NCBI GenBank assembly: GCA_964016885.1
Contig: OZ024744.1
Location: forward strand, 118,668,001-118,732,000
Source: Eledone cirrhosa
Taxonomy: Eukaryota
Length of the DNA stretch: 64,000 nucleotides
Direction of reading: 5' to 3'
The position numbers were made by a program, and so were the translations under genes. Shown here in pieces: positions 12,574 through 25,300 of the stretch (position 1 is its first letter; every line of letters starts with the position of its first letter). The notes under the pieces were generated by a model. The model made no database searches. It was not told the DNA's origin and worked only from the letters and a program-made list of their open reading frames with translations.

Positions 12574-14440
12574 GCACGCATCATACAGTCTGCCTTTCAT
12601 TTTGAGAGAAAAGCCTTTTGAAGGTAGCAGTGGTAGTAGCTCTCTGAACTTCTTCCATCCCGTTCTTACCCTGGTTACTGTACTTTCAGAACGCCCACCT
12701 CCACTGCTAATTTGGTCACCTAAGTAACAGAAATTATCAACTGCTCCTATGGTACCCTCTAAGAATTTGATAGAGATTGTATCTTGTGAGCTCTTGTTAC
12801 TTACTGCTCCTGTGTATCAACCACATACAAAACCTCCATTCTTTGCTAGCCTACCAGAGATCCCACTACATATCTTGTGTGCTCATAGTTTGCATTCGGG
12901 ACGGGAGATGGAATTTCTCCCCCCGCCCTTTTCCTACATACTGAGCAAGGCTCTTTCACTGAAGGACTTTTCTTTTTCTTTCTACTTACTAAGACTTTAG
13001 TCTTTACCAAATTAACTTTAAGACCTTTTGATTCTAGGCCATGCTTCCAGGCCTGGAATTTCTTCTCTAATTTTGCCGTAGATTCAGTTATGTAGCATAG
13101 ATCATTGGCATACAGGAGTTCCCATTAACAACCTGTCTTAAACTCTTTTGTTCTAGCCTACAGGAAGATAATAATTAGGAGATGGCTAAGAACAAAGCCC
13201 TGATGGACTCCTACCTGCACACTAAATTCTTCACTATAGTCAGTGTTAATTCTAAAGTTGGTGACTGCTCCTCTATACACAGCCTTCACAAGCCACTCAT
13301 CTACTCCTAATTTTTTAAGAGCCCACCAGATTATGGAAAAAGGTTGCCTGTTAAAAGCTTTCTCTAGGTCAACAAATGCCAAATGCTAAGTAATTCTGCA
13401 GTTGCTTCTTGTAGAAGAGGGCTTCAGCTGTACTATAACTCTTTCTGTTATATTTATGACCTGGTCTATCAACTTGATACCTGTATTATTTTCACTTTTG
13501 TTGTTATATCAGTTGGCAATGATGCTGCTACGCCCCTCATTGGGTATGACACCATTTTCTATTACTTGTTTTCCCATATGAGTGGTTAAAGTGACCCATC
13601 ATCCCAGCATCTCAGCAACTATCCCCAAAGGTCCAGTTGTTTTCCCTGCCTTTATATCTTTACACTGCTGCTGATTTGTACCAATGGTCCTTCTGTTGGC
13701 TTCACTTGCAACAGACTTCTTCCCACACATATTCCTCATTCATCAGTCTCTCATAGTGACACTTCCATGCCACCTTCTGTTCAGCATCAGTGAGGGCAAG
13801 TGCACCATTGTCATCTGGGACACATTTCTCCCCCACAACATCACAATTTTCCCTGGCACACTATCTCACAATACTGAACACCTCATATCTTTGGTCCTCA
13901 CATTACAAAACATCTTAAATTTTTTATTTTCTGCTTCCCTTTCAAAGTATACTTGTCACTAGTTTCTCTCCTATTTTCCCCATTCTGCCATTCTTTCCAT
14001 GCATGTCTCATGGTCTTAATTGTCTCTTCCCCACTATTAAACTACCAAGTCACCCATCTTCTCTCTGGAGACCTGCTCCAGCCACACACCTCATTTATCA
14101 CCTTCAGCAGATTACCTCAGGAATTTCCACTGCTTCTCTATATCGTATGTCTCTATTTGTTCTTCCTTACATCAAGCAAATCCCTCTAAATTTGTTGCTG
14201 GCTGAGGGCTCCTTCCACTTCCATATCCTTTTACTCCAGTTTGTTCCCTCTCTCCAAGTTTATCCCACCGGGGAGGGAGTTTGTATTTACAACCATCACT
14301 CTATATAGAATATACCTATGCTCTACTGATGTATTGAGTACCTTTTTTAACAGTGGTTGCCTCCCAATTTACATCTGGATTCTACATAATATCTTCTTCT
14401 TAGACGGTTTCAACCACAAGTCTTGGTCCCATGTCCCCAC
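12574..14440 (-). mobile_element. Decayed RTE LINE (linker and RT with PHD remnant)
   Basis: AFVDLEKAF and QVGVHQGFVLS RT motifs (ORF 13158-13382); decayed CSVC...CK..HK.C segment at ~12800-12950; many stops. Confidence 0.85.
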
Positions 14441-14454
14441 CTTGAGGTCCTAGT

Positions 14455-15030
14455 CCACACCAGTGTCTTTGTTCAGGTTGTCCATGTAAGAGTTTTAGTG
14501 TTTTCCTCTCCTAACAACTCCATGAAATGTGTTCCAAAGATCTAACTTGGATTCTTCCAGTTAAGGGTGTCACACAATGTGGAGCTGTCTCAACCTGATA
14601 TTTTTGTTGATTTTTGCCAGGTCTCCATAAAGGTATTTATTTTATCATATGTTGCTGCCATTTCACATTAAGGGCCATTTGTAGCCCCCTTGGGTAGCAG
14701 CAGTTTGGCCCATTAACTTCTGAGTCAGTGTGCATGTTTCACTGCCATACAAAACTATGGATTCAACAGTTGCAAGGTACAGTTTGATTTTGATCCTTCT
14801 AGGCAATTTAAAGTGCCAGATGTTCTTTAGTTTGTGACAGGCTGTCCATACTTGACCCTCCTGACCTTCATATCTGCTTCGGGACTGTTCACTCAACTAC
14901 TTAAGTACTTAGGGTCTTGAACAACTTTCACTTAGCAACCACTAAATGAGAACAGTTTGGTGTTAGTTGATTGGTTGAAGGTCATATATTCAGTTTTCTT
15001 GACATTTGAATACAGTCCACTTTTAGCAGA
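14455..15030 (-). mobile_element. Decayed RTE-like LINE 3' fragment
   Basis: KIKLYLATVESIVLYGSETCTLT motif (ORF 14663-14896), related to the 17670-20854 family. Confidence 0.75.
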
Positions 15031-15536
15031 TGTTTCTATATATCTTGGCTGAACCGAGAGTTGTTACAGCAAGGAGGAACATGCAAAATACATTCAATTG
15101 CTTTCAAAAAAATGCTACTGAAGGGCATAGGTTTGAATTGCAAACTGCCGAAACCACTCTACAAAATACCTACGACAATGTGATGTCTCTTTCTCTCATT
15201 CCTATGATTTATAAAGAGCTTCGTCTCTCTTCCTGGAGCTCCTTGGGTCAGAGGGGATTATTGTGAGTTTTTAACTCTACCTTTTAATTTGATATATTTG
15301 GCTCCTAATTTATTATCTAATATTAGCAGAGCCTTTGTCTACTTGAATGGCTTTAGACTGCTATTTTTAGCGACCCAATAGCTTATTCAAGCCACCTTGG
15401 ACTAATTTATTCCCTGCCCCTTCATTGTATGTATGTATCAGAAGTCAGTTATTTGTTCTCTCTCTCTCTCTCATTTGTGAGGCTCATAATTTACAGGTAC
15501 ACACGTTGAGAAGACCCTCTATGTTTTGGCTAGAAA

Positions 15537-15935
15537 TGTAACGTATATTATGTGTGAATATTTGTTGAAGTAGTTGTAAGGCTTCGATAACATTTTTACA
15601 TGTTTTTATTTACAACTAAATACAAAGAGTTGAGTTGAGCTGACATGTCAAACAAACAGTAACAAACAAAATTAAGACATTTAAGCAGAGGAAGGTATGG
15701 TCTACTGGCCGAGATGTTGACCAGGCCGAAGTTGTGGTCATTACATATTGGCTAGTGGTCGAATGACAAAAGATAGAAATTAAAGCAGCAAGAGAGAGTA
15801 TATATGAAAGAAATGGGAAAGTCTTTGTTTGACGGAAATTGAAATATATATCCGTGCGTGGCTTACAATTGGCTTAACTTAGCCAAATCATGCACGAATA
15901 GCTTATTAATATATCAAGCAAGTAACTTTGCTACA
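15537..15935 (-). mobile_element. Solo LTR
   Basis: TGTA...TACA termini, ~400 bp; reverse complement aligns with 31266-31658 (TGATTTGGCTAAG, CATGTAAAAATGTTATCGAAG shared). Confidence 0.65.
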
Positions 15936-16148
15936 GGCACAAGGCCAATAATTTTTGGTAAAGCTAAGTTTGGTGGGATTTGAACTGAGAACGTAAATGT
16001 TACAATGCATGTTGACTGATGCTCTACCAATTACTAGCAACATATAATAAATAGAATTAACTATTACTAGGAACATTACAATTATAACCCAGCAAAATAT
16101 ATGATGAGAGCGAGAGAGAAGGACCATTAGTGAGCCTATCTTCACATA

Positions 16149-16365
16149 GGACGGAGGATTGTCAGTAATCGGTAGAGCGTCAGACAACATGTTCTGCGGT
16201 ACAGAGTTATGGCCCTTTTACGTTTTGAGTTCAAATCCTGCCGAGGTTAACTTTGCCTTTCATCCGATAAAATAAAGTACCAGTAACACACTGGGGTTGA
16301 TTTTATCGACTTTCACTTCCCCTCCCCCAAAATTGGTCTTCTGTCTAAATCAGGAACTATTATTT
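16149..16365 (+). mobile_element. tRNA-derived SINE with Meta/Nin-type central domain
   Basis: B box GTTCAAATCC followed by AACTTTGCCTTTCATCC...GATAAAATAAAGTACCAG; (ATT) tail; homologous to 44259-44447 and 55608-55790. Confidence 0.8.
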
Positions 16366-16492
16366 ACCTCCTCCCCCTCTCTCTCATTACCTCTCCCTTC
16401 TACTCTCATTACCTCTCCCTTCCACTCTCATTAAGCCCCTCCCTCTCATTACCTCTCCTCCCCCTCTCCCATTAACCCCCTCCCTCTCATTC
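16366..16492. repeat. Pyrimidine-rich ~21-bp minisatellite, ~6 copies
   Basis: CTCTCATTACCTCTCCCTTCC-like units in tandem. Confidence 0.7.
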
Positions 16493-16589
16493 ATCTAACA
16501 GTTTAAGGTTATTTTTTGTTAATTCTTTTTATTTTTACAGATAATAGATTTTCTGTTTTTGTGAAGTTTACAGATGTTGATGTCATCTT

Positions 16590-16735
16590 TTGCGATGCGT
16601 TATGTCCTTGAGCAAGAAACTTTATTTCATGTTGCTCCTTCTACCTGGAGTTGCGACCGATAGATAGTATTAGCAATTGGAAAGACTGATGGAAACATTG
16701 TTTCCTTGGTCCGATTTGACGAAAGTCGATCGCTC
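16590..16735 (+). mobile_element. CORE-type SINE fragment
   Basis: GTCCTTGAGCAAGAAACTTTATTTCATGTTGCTCC, near-identical to the 11625-11765 body. Confidence 0.7.
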
Positions 16736-16749
16736 CTTTTATATATATA

Positions 16750-17356
16750 TATATCAACTAGAAATTGATTGACATATATACATATATATAAAATAAACAT
16801 ATGAAACAATCACAGGGAATAATTTGTAAAGTGTGTAAGCACACATAGCTAGGTAGGTAACTAATTAATGTTTAACTAGAACTTCAAATATAGATACCTT
16901 TTAAATGATTAATCTCCTTTGTATATATTTCATTAAATAAAGAAATATATTTCACCATCAATCGGTAAATCACAGCAGTCAAATCCTGGATGGTCACCAA
17001 GGGAGAAGATTTAACTGTCTGCGTTTACACAACAAATGCCAATCTATGAATGACTCGTAGTACGTGTTGCATTTTAAAAAAAATACACACATCGTACCAG
17101 CGTCATCCCAGTGGCATGAATAGGGATTTGACTGCTGTGATTTACCGATTGATGGTGAAATATATTTCTTTATTTAATGAAATATATACAAAGGAGATTA
17201 ATCATTTAAAAGGTATCTATATTTGAAGTTCTAGTTAAACTTTAATTAGTTACCTACCTAGCTGTGTGTGCTTACACACTTTACAAATTATTCCCTGTGA
17301 TTGTTTCATATGTTTATTATATATATATATATGTCAATCAATTTCTAGTTGATATA
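16750..17356. repeat. Long near-perfect inverted repeat (arms 16750-16986 and 17124-17356), Penelope-like terminal structure
   Basis: ~235-bp arms are reverse complements with few mismatches; 137-bp spacer; embedded in (AT)n; homologous to 33040-33480. Confidence 0.85.
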
Positions 17357-17446
17357 AAATGCTCGGATCTATTCATTGGAATCTTTGAGCATATTCTGCA
17401 GTGGATATGGCGCATGTCTCTCAGACATGACACCCTTAATTTAATT

Positions 17447-17477
<31 letters not shown>

Positions 17478-17669
17478 AAAGGCATATATTGAGTTAGAAA
17501 CTCAAAACAGGTCACTTACAATAAATTAGCTCTAGGAAAGAAATTTTTCTGAGCTGTATAATATAACTGAACAAAAATATATATATATATATATAAGTTC
17601 TATAATTATTTACCTTTAAACCAACATGATGATGATGATATGTATGTGTATATGCATATATATATATAA

Positions 17670-20600
17670 GTCCTGGGTATGACATTAAACTACATCCAAT
17701 GGCAAGGCTCCAGTTCGGGAGTTGTGGGGGAATGTGGAGCTACCCCTTAGTTGTCATAGCTCTGGCCCGGAGTAGTAGTACCTGTTAGGGCCCCATTTAT
17801 GGGTTAAATAACTCCCCTATTTGAGTGGTGCTGGTAAGGTATTGTCAGCCATTGAAAAGAAATATGGAGAGTTGATCTAACAGCACTAGGGTTAGAGCCC
17901 CTAATTACACTGTCAAGGAGCAGTCTGGTCGTTATGACTCTGCTGGCTTAGAGCCACAGGGAGGGCCAGTGGATGATGGATCAGCTGTCTCTGAGACAAA
18001 TATAAAGAGTTCAGTTTGGTCCCGCAAAAGAGTTATTAAAATGGGCACTTTGAATGTGAGGACTATTCGGACGCTGGAGAAGAGAGAGGAGTTGGGACAT
18101 CTGTTCGAGGAGAGTGGTATACAGATACTTGCGATCCAAGAACACAGGATCCTACACGATGAGCCCGTGAGGAGTGTGATGATTGGGAAAAGGAGCCAGC
18201 TCATCACCACATCGGCAGTGAAGAACATGACCAATGCTGCAGTGGGAGGAGTGGGTTTTGTGTTCAGTGCAGGAACCAATCTATTGGTGAGGGAAATAAT
18301 GCCTATCTCCCCGCGAGTATTGAGGGTGACCTTCAATGGAAACCCAAGACTGACAGTCATCTCAGCCTATAGTCCAACCGAGGGAGACAGTGATGTGAGT
18401 GCGGAAGAGTTCCATGAGGAGGTGTGTAGAGCTGTCAACACCACACAAGCACACAACATCCTGCTTGTTCTACATCTGAGTAAGGAGGGTAGTGAAGATC
18501 CTTTCTGGTACTTCCATAACAGCACCAACCGAAATGGAGACACCCTGAGAGACACCCTGCTGGAGGCGAACTTGATGGCGACCAACCTAAGGTTTAGGAA
18601 GATGTGGACCTACATCTCAGATATGCACCTGTCCAAGTCCCAGATTGATTTCATTCTGGTGAGGAAAAAGTGGCGGAATAGTATTCTGAATACAGAACCA
18701 TACAACTATTTCAGTACACTGGGTAGTGACCACCGGCTTGTTATGAGTGAGGTCCGCGTGAGCTTAAGAAAGAGCAAGGCTCAGACCCGGAGAACAATCT
18801 ATGACTGGGGAGCTTTCAAGGAAGATAAGCTACAGTAGAAGTGAGAAACAGGTTCAGTGCTCTGTGTGGAGAGTCAGAGGAGAGAGAGATTGGATGGACT
18901 GAGGAGAGTGTGATGAGGAGGTATGGGCACTTCACCAATGCAGTGGCGGAAGCAAGTGAAACCCTGGTGCCGAGGAGAAAGAACAAAGGGAAGCACGTCA
19001 GCTCTGCAAACCCAAAAGTGTGTGCAGCCAGAGAACACCTGAAAGCTGCCATGGACCAATTCTATGCTGATCCTCCGGAGGAGAGGATGGAGACTGTGGA
19101 GGTGATGAGGGAAGAGCTCTGTACCGCTTACACTGAGGTCAGAGAGGAGGCACTGATAGAGAAGATCAGAAGTGTGGAGAGAGCGGTTGACAGATCTGGA
19201 TGTAAGGAGAACTGGATGATCATCAACGAGATCACAGGCAGGAAGAAAAGGTGTTCGAGTCAGATCCAGGGAATAGGGCCCGAGGATAGAAAGAGGAAAT
19301 GACTGGACCATTTTAGGACCCTACTAGGAGAGCCGCCCTCCATAGCCCAGAACACTGGGGAGATCAGGCGGAGGAAATGGATATTGAGACAGGGCCCTTC
19401 ACCAGAGAGGAGCTTCAGAGAGCCAAGAAGAAGATCAAGGAGGGCAAGGCTCATGGAGAAGATGGAGTGGCATCAGAGGTGATGAAGAGGTGTGATTTTG
19501 ATGATATCATCCTGGAGTTCTATAACGAGGCACTGGAGAAAGGAGTTGCTCCGAATCAGTGGAGGATCAGTAACATCGTCCCAATGCCAAAGAAGGGAGA
19601 TCTCTTTAACACCAACAACTACCGGGGGATCTCACTGACGTCACTTGTGGCAAAGACCCTCAACAGGATGATTCTTAACAGGATCCATCCCGAACGGCTT
19701 CAGAGAGGGAAGATCAACCACCAGTCACATCCTGATTCTGAGGAGGATATTAGAGGGAGCTAGAGCAAAGTGCCTTCCTGCGGTCATGGTTTTCATTAAC
19801 TTTAGGAAGGCCTTTGATTCTGTGGACCGTTACTGCCTGATGAAGATCTTACAGGCTTATGGAATCCCCAAGAAGATAGTGGACCTGATATCACTGCTCT
19901 ACACCAACACCAAAGCCCAAGTCATTACACCTGATGGGATGACAGAGTTCTTTGAGATACTGGCTGGAGTGCTCCAGGGAGATACATTAGCTCAATACCT
20001 TTTTATTATCGCAGTGGACTATTGTATGTGCCTTGCACTGGAGAAACACCAGGACTCTGGCTTTACTGTAACACTAGCTCAGAGCAGGAGAGTTAAGGCT
20101 AAATAGATATCAGATGCTTAATTTGCTGACAAAATATTTCTGGTGACAAACACAGTGAAGGAGGCAGAGGATTTGATGCAGAAGGTGGAGACTGTGTCGA
20201 TGAGTATGGGGCTGAGAATGAATGAGAGTAAGACAAAGTATCTGGTAGAGAATATTAAGAAGCCAGAGAAGATTATGAATGTAGGCGGGAAGCTGTTAGA
20301 GTGGGTTGAGGACTTCCTGTAACTGGGAGCAAAGATTGGGAATACAGAAGATGATCTGGTTGAAAGGAAGAGCAAATCCTGCACAGCATGTCACAGCATG
20401 TAAAGACCTGAAGATCTGTCTCTTCATTGCTGTAGTGGAGTCTATACTGCTGTACAGGTCTGAGACTTGGACACTGACCAAGAAACTCACTCAGATGGTG
20501 GATGGGTGCTACACGAGAATGCTGAGGATGGCTCTGAACATTAATCAGAATATACTGAGGATAAAGAACTCAGAGCTGAATGGGAGCCTCCCAAAAATCA

Positions 20601-20854
20601 GCTCAAAAGTGACACAGAGGAGACTGAGGTTAGCTGGACATGCTCACTGACATCCAGAGTTGACATTGCACTCAGTGGTCCTGTGGGAGCCCCTGCATGG
20701 ACACACTGGAAGAGCGAGACAAAGGCTGACATATATTGATGCCCTAAGGACAGACACTGGTCTCTGGGAGATGGAGGACATGGGGGTGATGATGAGGGGC
20801 AGAGACTGCTGGAGATAACTCGTCCATGGATCTTGGGAATTTTACCTGCCCTAG
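17670..20854 (+). mobile_element. Near full-length, frameshifted RTE-like LINE (APE endonuclease and RT) with (AT)n tail
   Basis: APE: GTLNVRT, ILAIQEHR, ISAYSPT, SQIDFIL, SDHRLV (ORF 17969-18838); RT: PKKGDL, NYRGISL, FRKAFDSV, GVLQGDTLA; coding end TAG runs directly into (AT)n. Confidence 0.93.
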
Positions 20855-20872
20855 ATATATATATATATATAT

Positions 20873-21990
20873 ACAAGTAGGAGTACATCAGGGTTCGGTC
20901 CTCAGCCCACTCTTGTTCATTACAGTCCTCCAAGCCATAACAGAGGAGTTTAAGACTGGCTGTCCATGGGAACTTCTCTATGCTGACGATCTGGTTCTTA
21001 TAGCAGAATCAGTAGAGGAGCTAGAGAATAAATTCTGGCTATGGAAACAGCTGTTGGAAGCAAGAGGACTTAGAGTGAACCTAGCTAAGACAAAAGTGTT
21101 GATGAGTAGAAAAGAGGACAAAACTCTGATTCTGTCAGGGAAATGGCTATGTTTGATATGCAGAAAAGGAGCATAAAATCTATAAAATGTACACAATGCA
21201 GATCTTGGATACACAGGAGATGTAGTGGGATAGCAGGCAAACTAACAGGTAGGGAGAAATACATATGGAGTAGATGTACAGGGAAATTTGACAGTAGAAG
21301 TCGCAGGGATAGACACATTTTTCAAAAGCAGGTAGGTTCTATAGAAGTGGTTAATAGCTTCCGGTACCTTGGTGATCAGATTAGCATGGGGGGCGGGGTG
21401 TTCCGAGGCCATATTATCTAGAATAAGGACAGGTTGGAAGAAGTTTAGGGAGCTGCTTCCTCTGCTGACAAAGAAGGGTTTCTCCCTACGAACAAAAGGC
21501 CGGTTATATGATGCCTGTGTGAGATGCGCGATGCTGCATGGTAGTGAGATTTGGGCAGCAACTGCAAAGGATATGCGATGGCTGGAGAGAAATGAAGCAA
21601 ACATGCTCCGTTTGGATGTGCAATGTCAATGTGTGTGAATGACCAAGCATAGATGAGTTGAGAGTAAAATTGTGTATAAGAGGGATAAGCTGTAGCGTGC
21701 GGGGAGAGAAGACTGTGATGGTATGGACATGTTATGTGCATGGAGGATGACCGCTGGGTAAAGAAGTGTCAAGAAATCCCAGTAGAAGGAGACACAGTAG
21801 AGGAAGACCACGATAAACATGAGCAGATGTGGTGAGAGCTGACCTCAGATTGCTGAAGCTCACGGAAGAGATGACAAAGGACCGTGACAAGTGGAGAGGT
21901 ACTGTGCTGAATAAGACCCGTCTTTCCCTTGCAAGCAGGGAAAAATGGACGTAAAATGATGCTGATGCTGATGATGATGATGATGATGAT
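20873..21990 (+). mobile_element. 5'-truncated RTE LINE (subfamily C) with PHD remnant
   Basis: GVHQGSVLSPLLF, ELLYADDLVL, SFRYLG, GWKKFRELLPLL; tail CCCTTGCAAGCAGGGAAAAATGGACGTAAAA(TGA)n. Confidence 0.93.
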
Positions 21991-22171
21991 TCATTCCATC
22001 TATAGGTGGTATGCTGAATAAGCACTCGCTGCTCTTGGGGAGCAGAGTATCAATAATATATAATAAATCGTACCTTGAGTTGATCAACAGTGAAACATAT
22101 GTAATATGTAATTAAATATGCATATGATGCAACACTGATTCTTTGTTCCCTTATATATTAATATTATATAA

Positions 22172-22340
22172 ATCATCACCGTTTTACATCTATTTTCAAC
22201 ACTAGCATGGGTTAGACGGGTTGTCCTGTTGTGGGCAATGCCAGGTCAGGTGACCTTGTCTTGCTGATACGGGAACTGATTTTGACTTGGTTTCTAAGGC
22301 TGGATGCCCTTCCTAACACCAACCTCATTTACAGTGAGTG
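22172..22340 (-). mobile_element. RTE subfamily A 3' UTR and tail, abutting the 48-bp array
   Basis: Reverse complement aligns with 46256-46428 (CACTCACTGTAAATGAGGTTGGTGTTAGGAAGGGCATCCAGC...GTAAAACGGTGATGAT). Confidence 0.9.
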
Positions 22341-25300
22341 TACATAACCACTTTACAGTGTGTACTGGGTACTTTTTGTTGTGACACCTACATGGCCACT
22401 TTGCAGTGTGTACTGGGTACTTTTTGTTGTGACACCTACATGACCACTTTACAGTGTGTACTGGGTACTTTTTGTTGTGACACCTACATGACCACTTTAC
22501 AGTGTGTACTGGGTACTTTTTGTTGTGACACCTACATGACCACTTTACAGTGTGTACTGGGTACTTTTTGTTGTGACACCTACATGACCACTTTACAGTG
22601 TGTACTGGTTACTTTTTGTTGTGACACCTACACTACCACTTTACAGTGTGTACTGGGTACTTTTTGTCATGACACCTACATGACCACTTTGCAGCGTGTA
22701 CTGGGTACTTTTTGTCATGACACCTACAGGACCTCTTTACAGTGTGTACTGGGTACTTTTTGTTGTGACACCAATATGACCACTTTACAATGTGTACCGG
22801 GTACTTTTGTTGTGACACCTACATGACCTCTTTACAGTGTGTACTGGGTACTTTTTGTCATGACACCTACATGACCACTTTACAGTGTGTACTGGCTACT
22901 TTTTGTTGTGACACCTACATGACCACTTTACAATGTGTACTGGGTACTTTTTGTTGTGGAACCTACATGACCTCTTTAGAGTGTGTACTGGGTACTTTTT
23001 GTTGTGACACCTACATGACCACTTTACAGTGTGTACTGGGTACTTGTTGTTGTGACACCTACATGACCACTTTACAGTGTGTACTGGGTACTTTTTGTTG
23101 TGACACCTACATGACAACTTTACAATGTGTACTAAATACTTTTTGTTGTGACACCTACTTGACCACTTTACAGTGTGTACTGGGTACTTTTTGTCATGAC
23201 ACCTACATGACCACTTTACAGTGTGTACTGGGTACTTTTTGTTGTGGAACCTACATGACCTCTTTACAGTGTGTACTGGGTACTTTTTGTCATGACACCT
23301 ACATGACCTCTTTAGAGTGTGTACTGGGTACTTTTTGTTGTGACACCTACATGACCACTTTACAGTGTGTACTGGGTACTTGTTGTTGTGACACCTACAT
23401 GACCACTTTACAGTGTGTCCTGGGTACTTTTTGTTGTGACACCTACATGACCACTTTACAGTGTGTACTGGGTACTTTTTGTTGTGACACCTACATGACC
23501 ACTTTACAATGTGTACTGGGTACTTTTTGTTGTGGAACCTACATGACCTCTTTACAGTGTGTACTGGGTACTTTTTGTTGTGACACCTACATGACCTCTT
23601 TAGAGTGTGTACTGGGTACTTTTTGTTGTGACACCTACATGACCACTTTACAGTGTGTACTGGCTACTTTTTGTTGTGACACCTACATGACCACTTTACA
23701 GTGTGTACAGGGTACTTTTTGTTGTGACACCTACATGACCACTTTACAGTGTGTACTGGGTACTTTTTGTCATGACACCTACATGACCACTTTGCAGCGT
23801 GCACTGGGTACCTTTTGTCATGACACCTACATGACCTCTTTACAGTGTGTACTGGGTACTTTTTGTCATGACACCTACATGACCACTTTACAGTGTGTAC
23901 TGGCTACTTTTTGTTGTGACACCTACATGACCACTTTACAATGTGAACTGGGTACTTTTTGTTGTGGAACCTACATGACCTCTTTAGAGTGTGTACTGGG
24001 TACTTTTTGTTGTGACACCTACATGACCACTTTACAGTGTGTACTGGGTACTTGTTGTTGTGACACCTACATGACCACTTTACAGTGTGTACTGGGTACT
24101 TTTTGTTGTGACACCTACATGACCACTTTACAGTGTGTACTGGGTACTTGTTGTTGTGACACCTACATGACCACTTTACAGTGTGTACTAAATACTTTTT
24201 GTTGTGACACCTACTTGACCACTTTACAGTGTGTACTGGGTACTTTTTGTCATGACACCTACACGACCACTTTACAGTGTGTACTGGGTACTTTTTGTTG
24301 TGACACCTACATGACAACTTTACAATGTGTACTAAATACTTTTTGTTGTGACACCTACTTGACCACTTTACAGTGTGTACTGGGTACTTTTTGTCATGAC
24401 ACCTACATGACCACTTTACAGTGTGTACTGGGTACTTTTTGTTGTGGAACCTACATGACCTCTTTACAGTGTGTACTGGGTACTTTTTGTCATGACACCT
24501 ACATGACCTCTTTAGAGTGTGTACTGGGTACTTTTTGTTGTGACACCTACATGACCACTTTACAGTGTGTACTGGGTACTTGTTGTTGTGACACCTACAT
24601 GACCACTTTACAGTGTGTCCTGGGTACTTTTTGTTGTGACACCTACATGACCACTTTACAGTGTGTACTGGGTACTTTTTATTGAGACACCTACATGACA
24701 ACTTTACAATGTGTACTAAATACTTTTTGTTGTGACACCTACTTGACCACTTTACAGTGTGTACTGGGTACTTTTTGTCATGACACCTACATGACCACTT
24801 TACAGTGTGTACTGGGTACTTTTTGTTGTGGAACCTACATGACCTCTTTACAGTGTGTACTGGGTACTTTTTGTCATGACACCTACATGACCACTTTACA
24901 ATGTGTACTGGGTACTTTTTGTTGTGGAACCTACATGACCTCTTTACAGTGTGTACTGGGTACTTTTTGTCATGACACCTACATGACCACTTTACAGTGT
25001 GTACTGGCTACTTTTTGTTGCGACACCTACATGACCACTTTACAGTGTGTACAGGCTACTTTTTGTTGTGACACCTACATGACCACTTTACAGTGTGTAC
25101 TGGGTACTTTTTGTCATGACACCTACATGACCACTTTGCAGCGTGCACTGGGTACCTTTTGTCATGACACCTACATGACCTCTTTACAGTGTGTACTGGG
25201 TACTTTTTGTTGTGACACCTACATGACCACTTTACAATGTGTACTGGGTACTTTTTGTTGTGACACCTACATGACCACTTTACAATGTGTACTGGGTACT

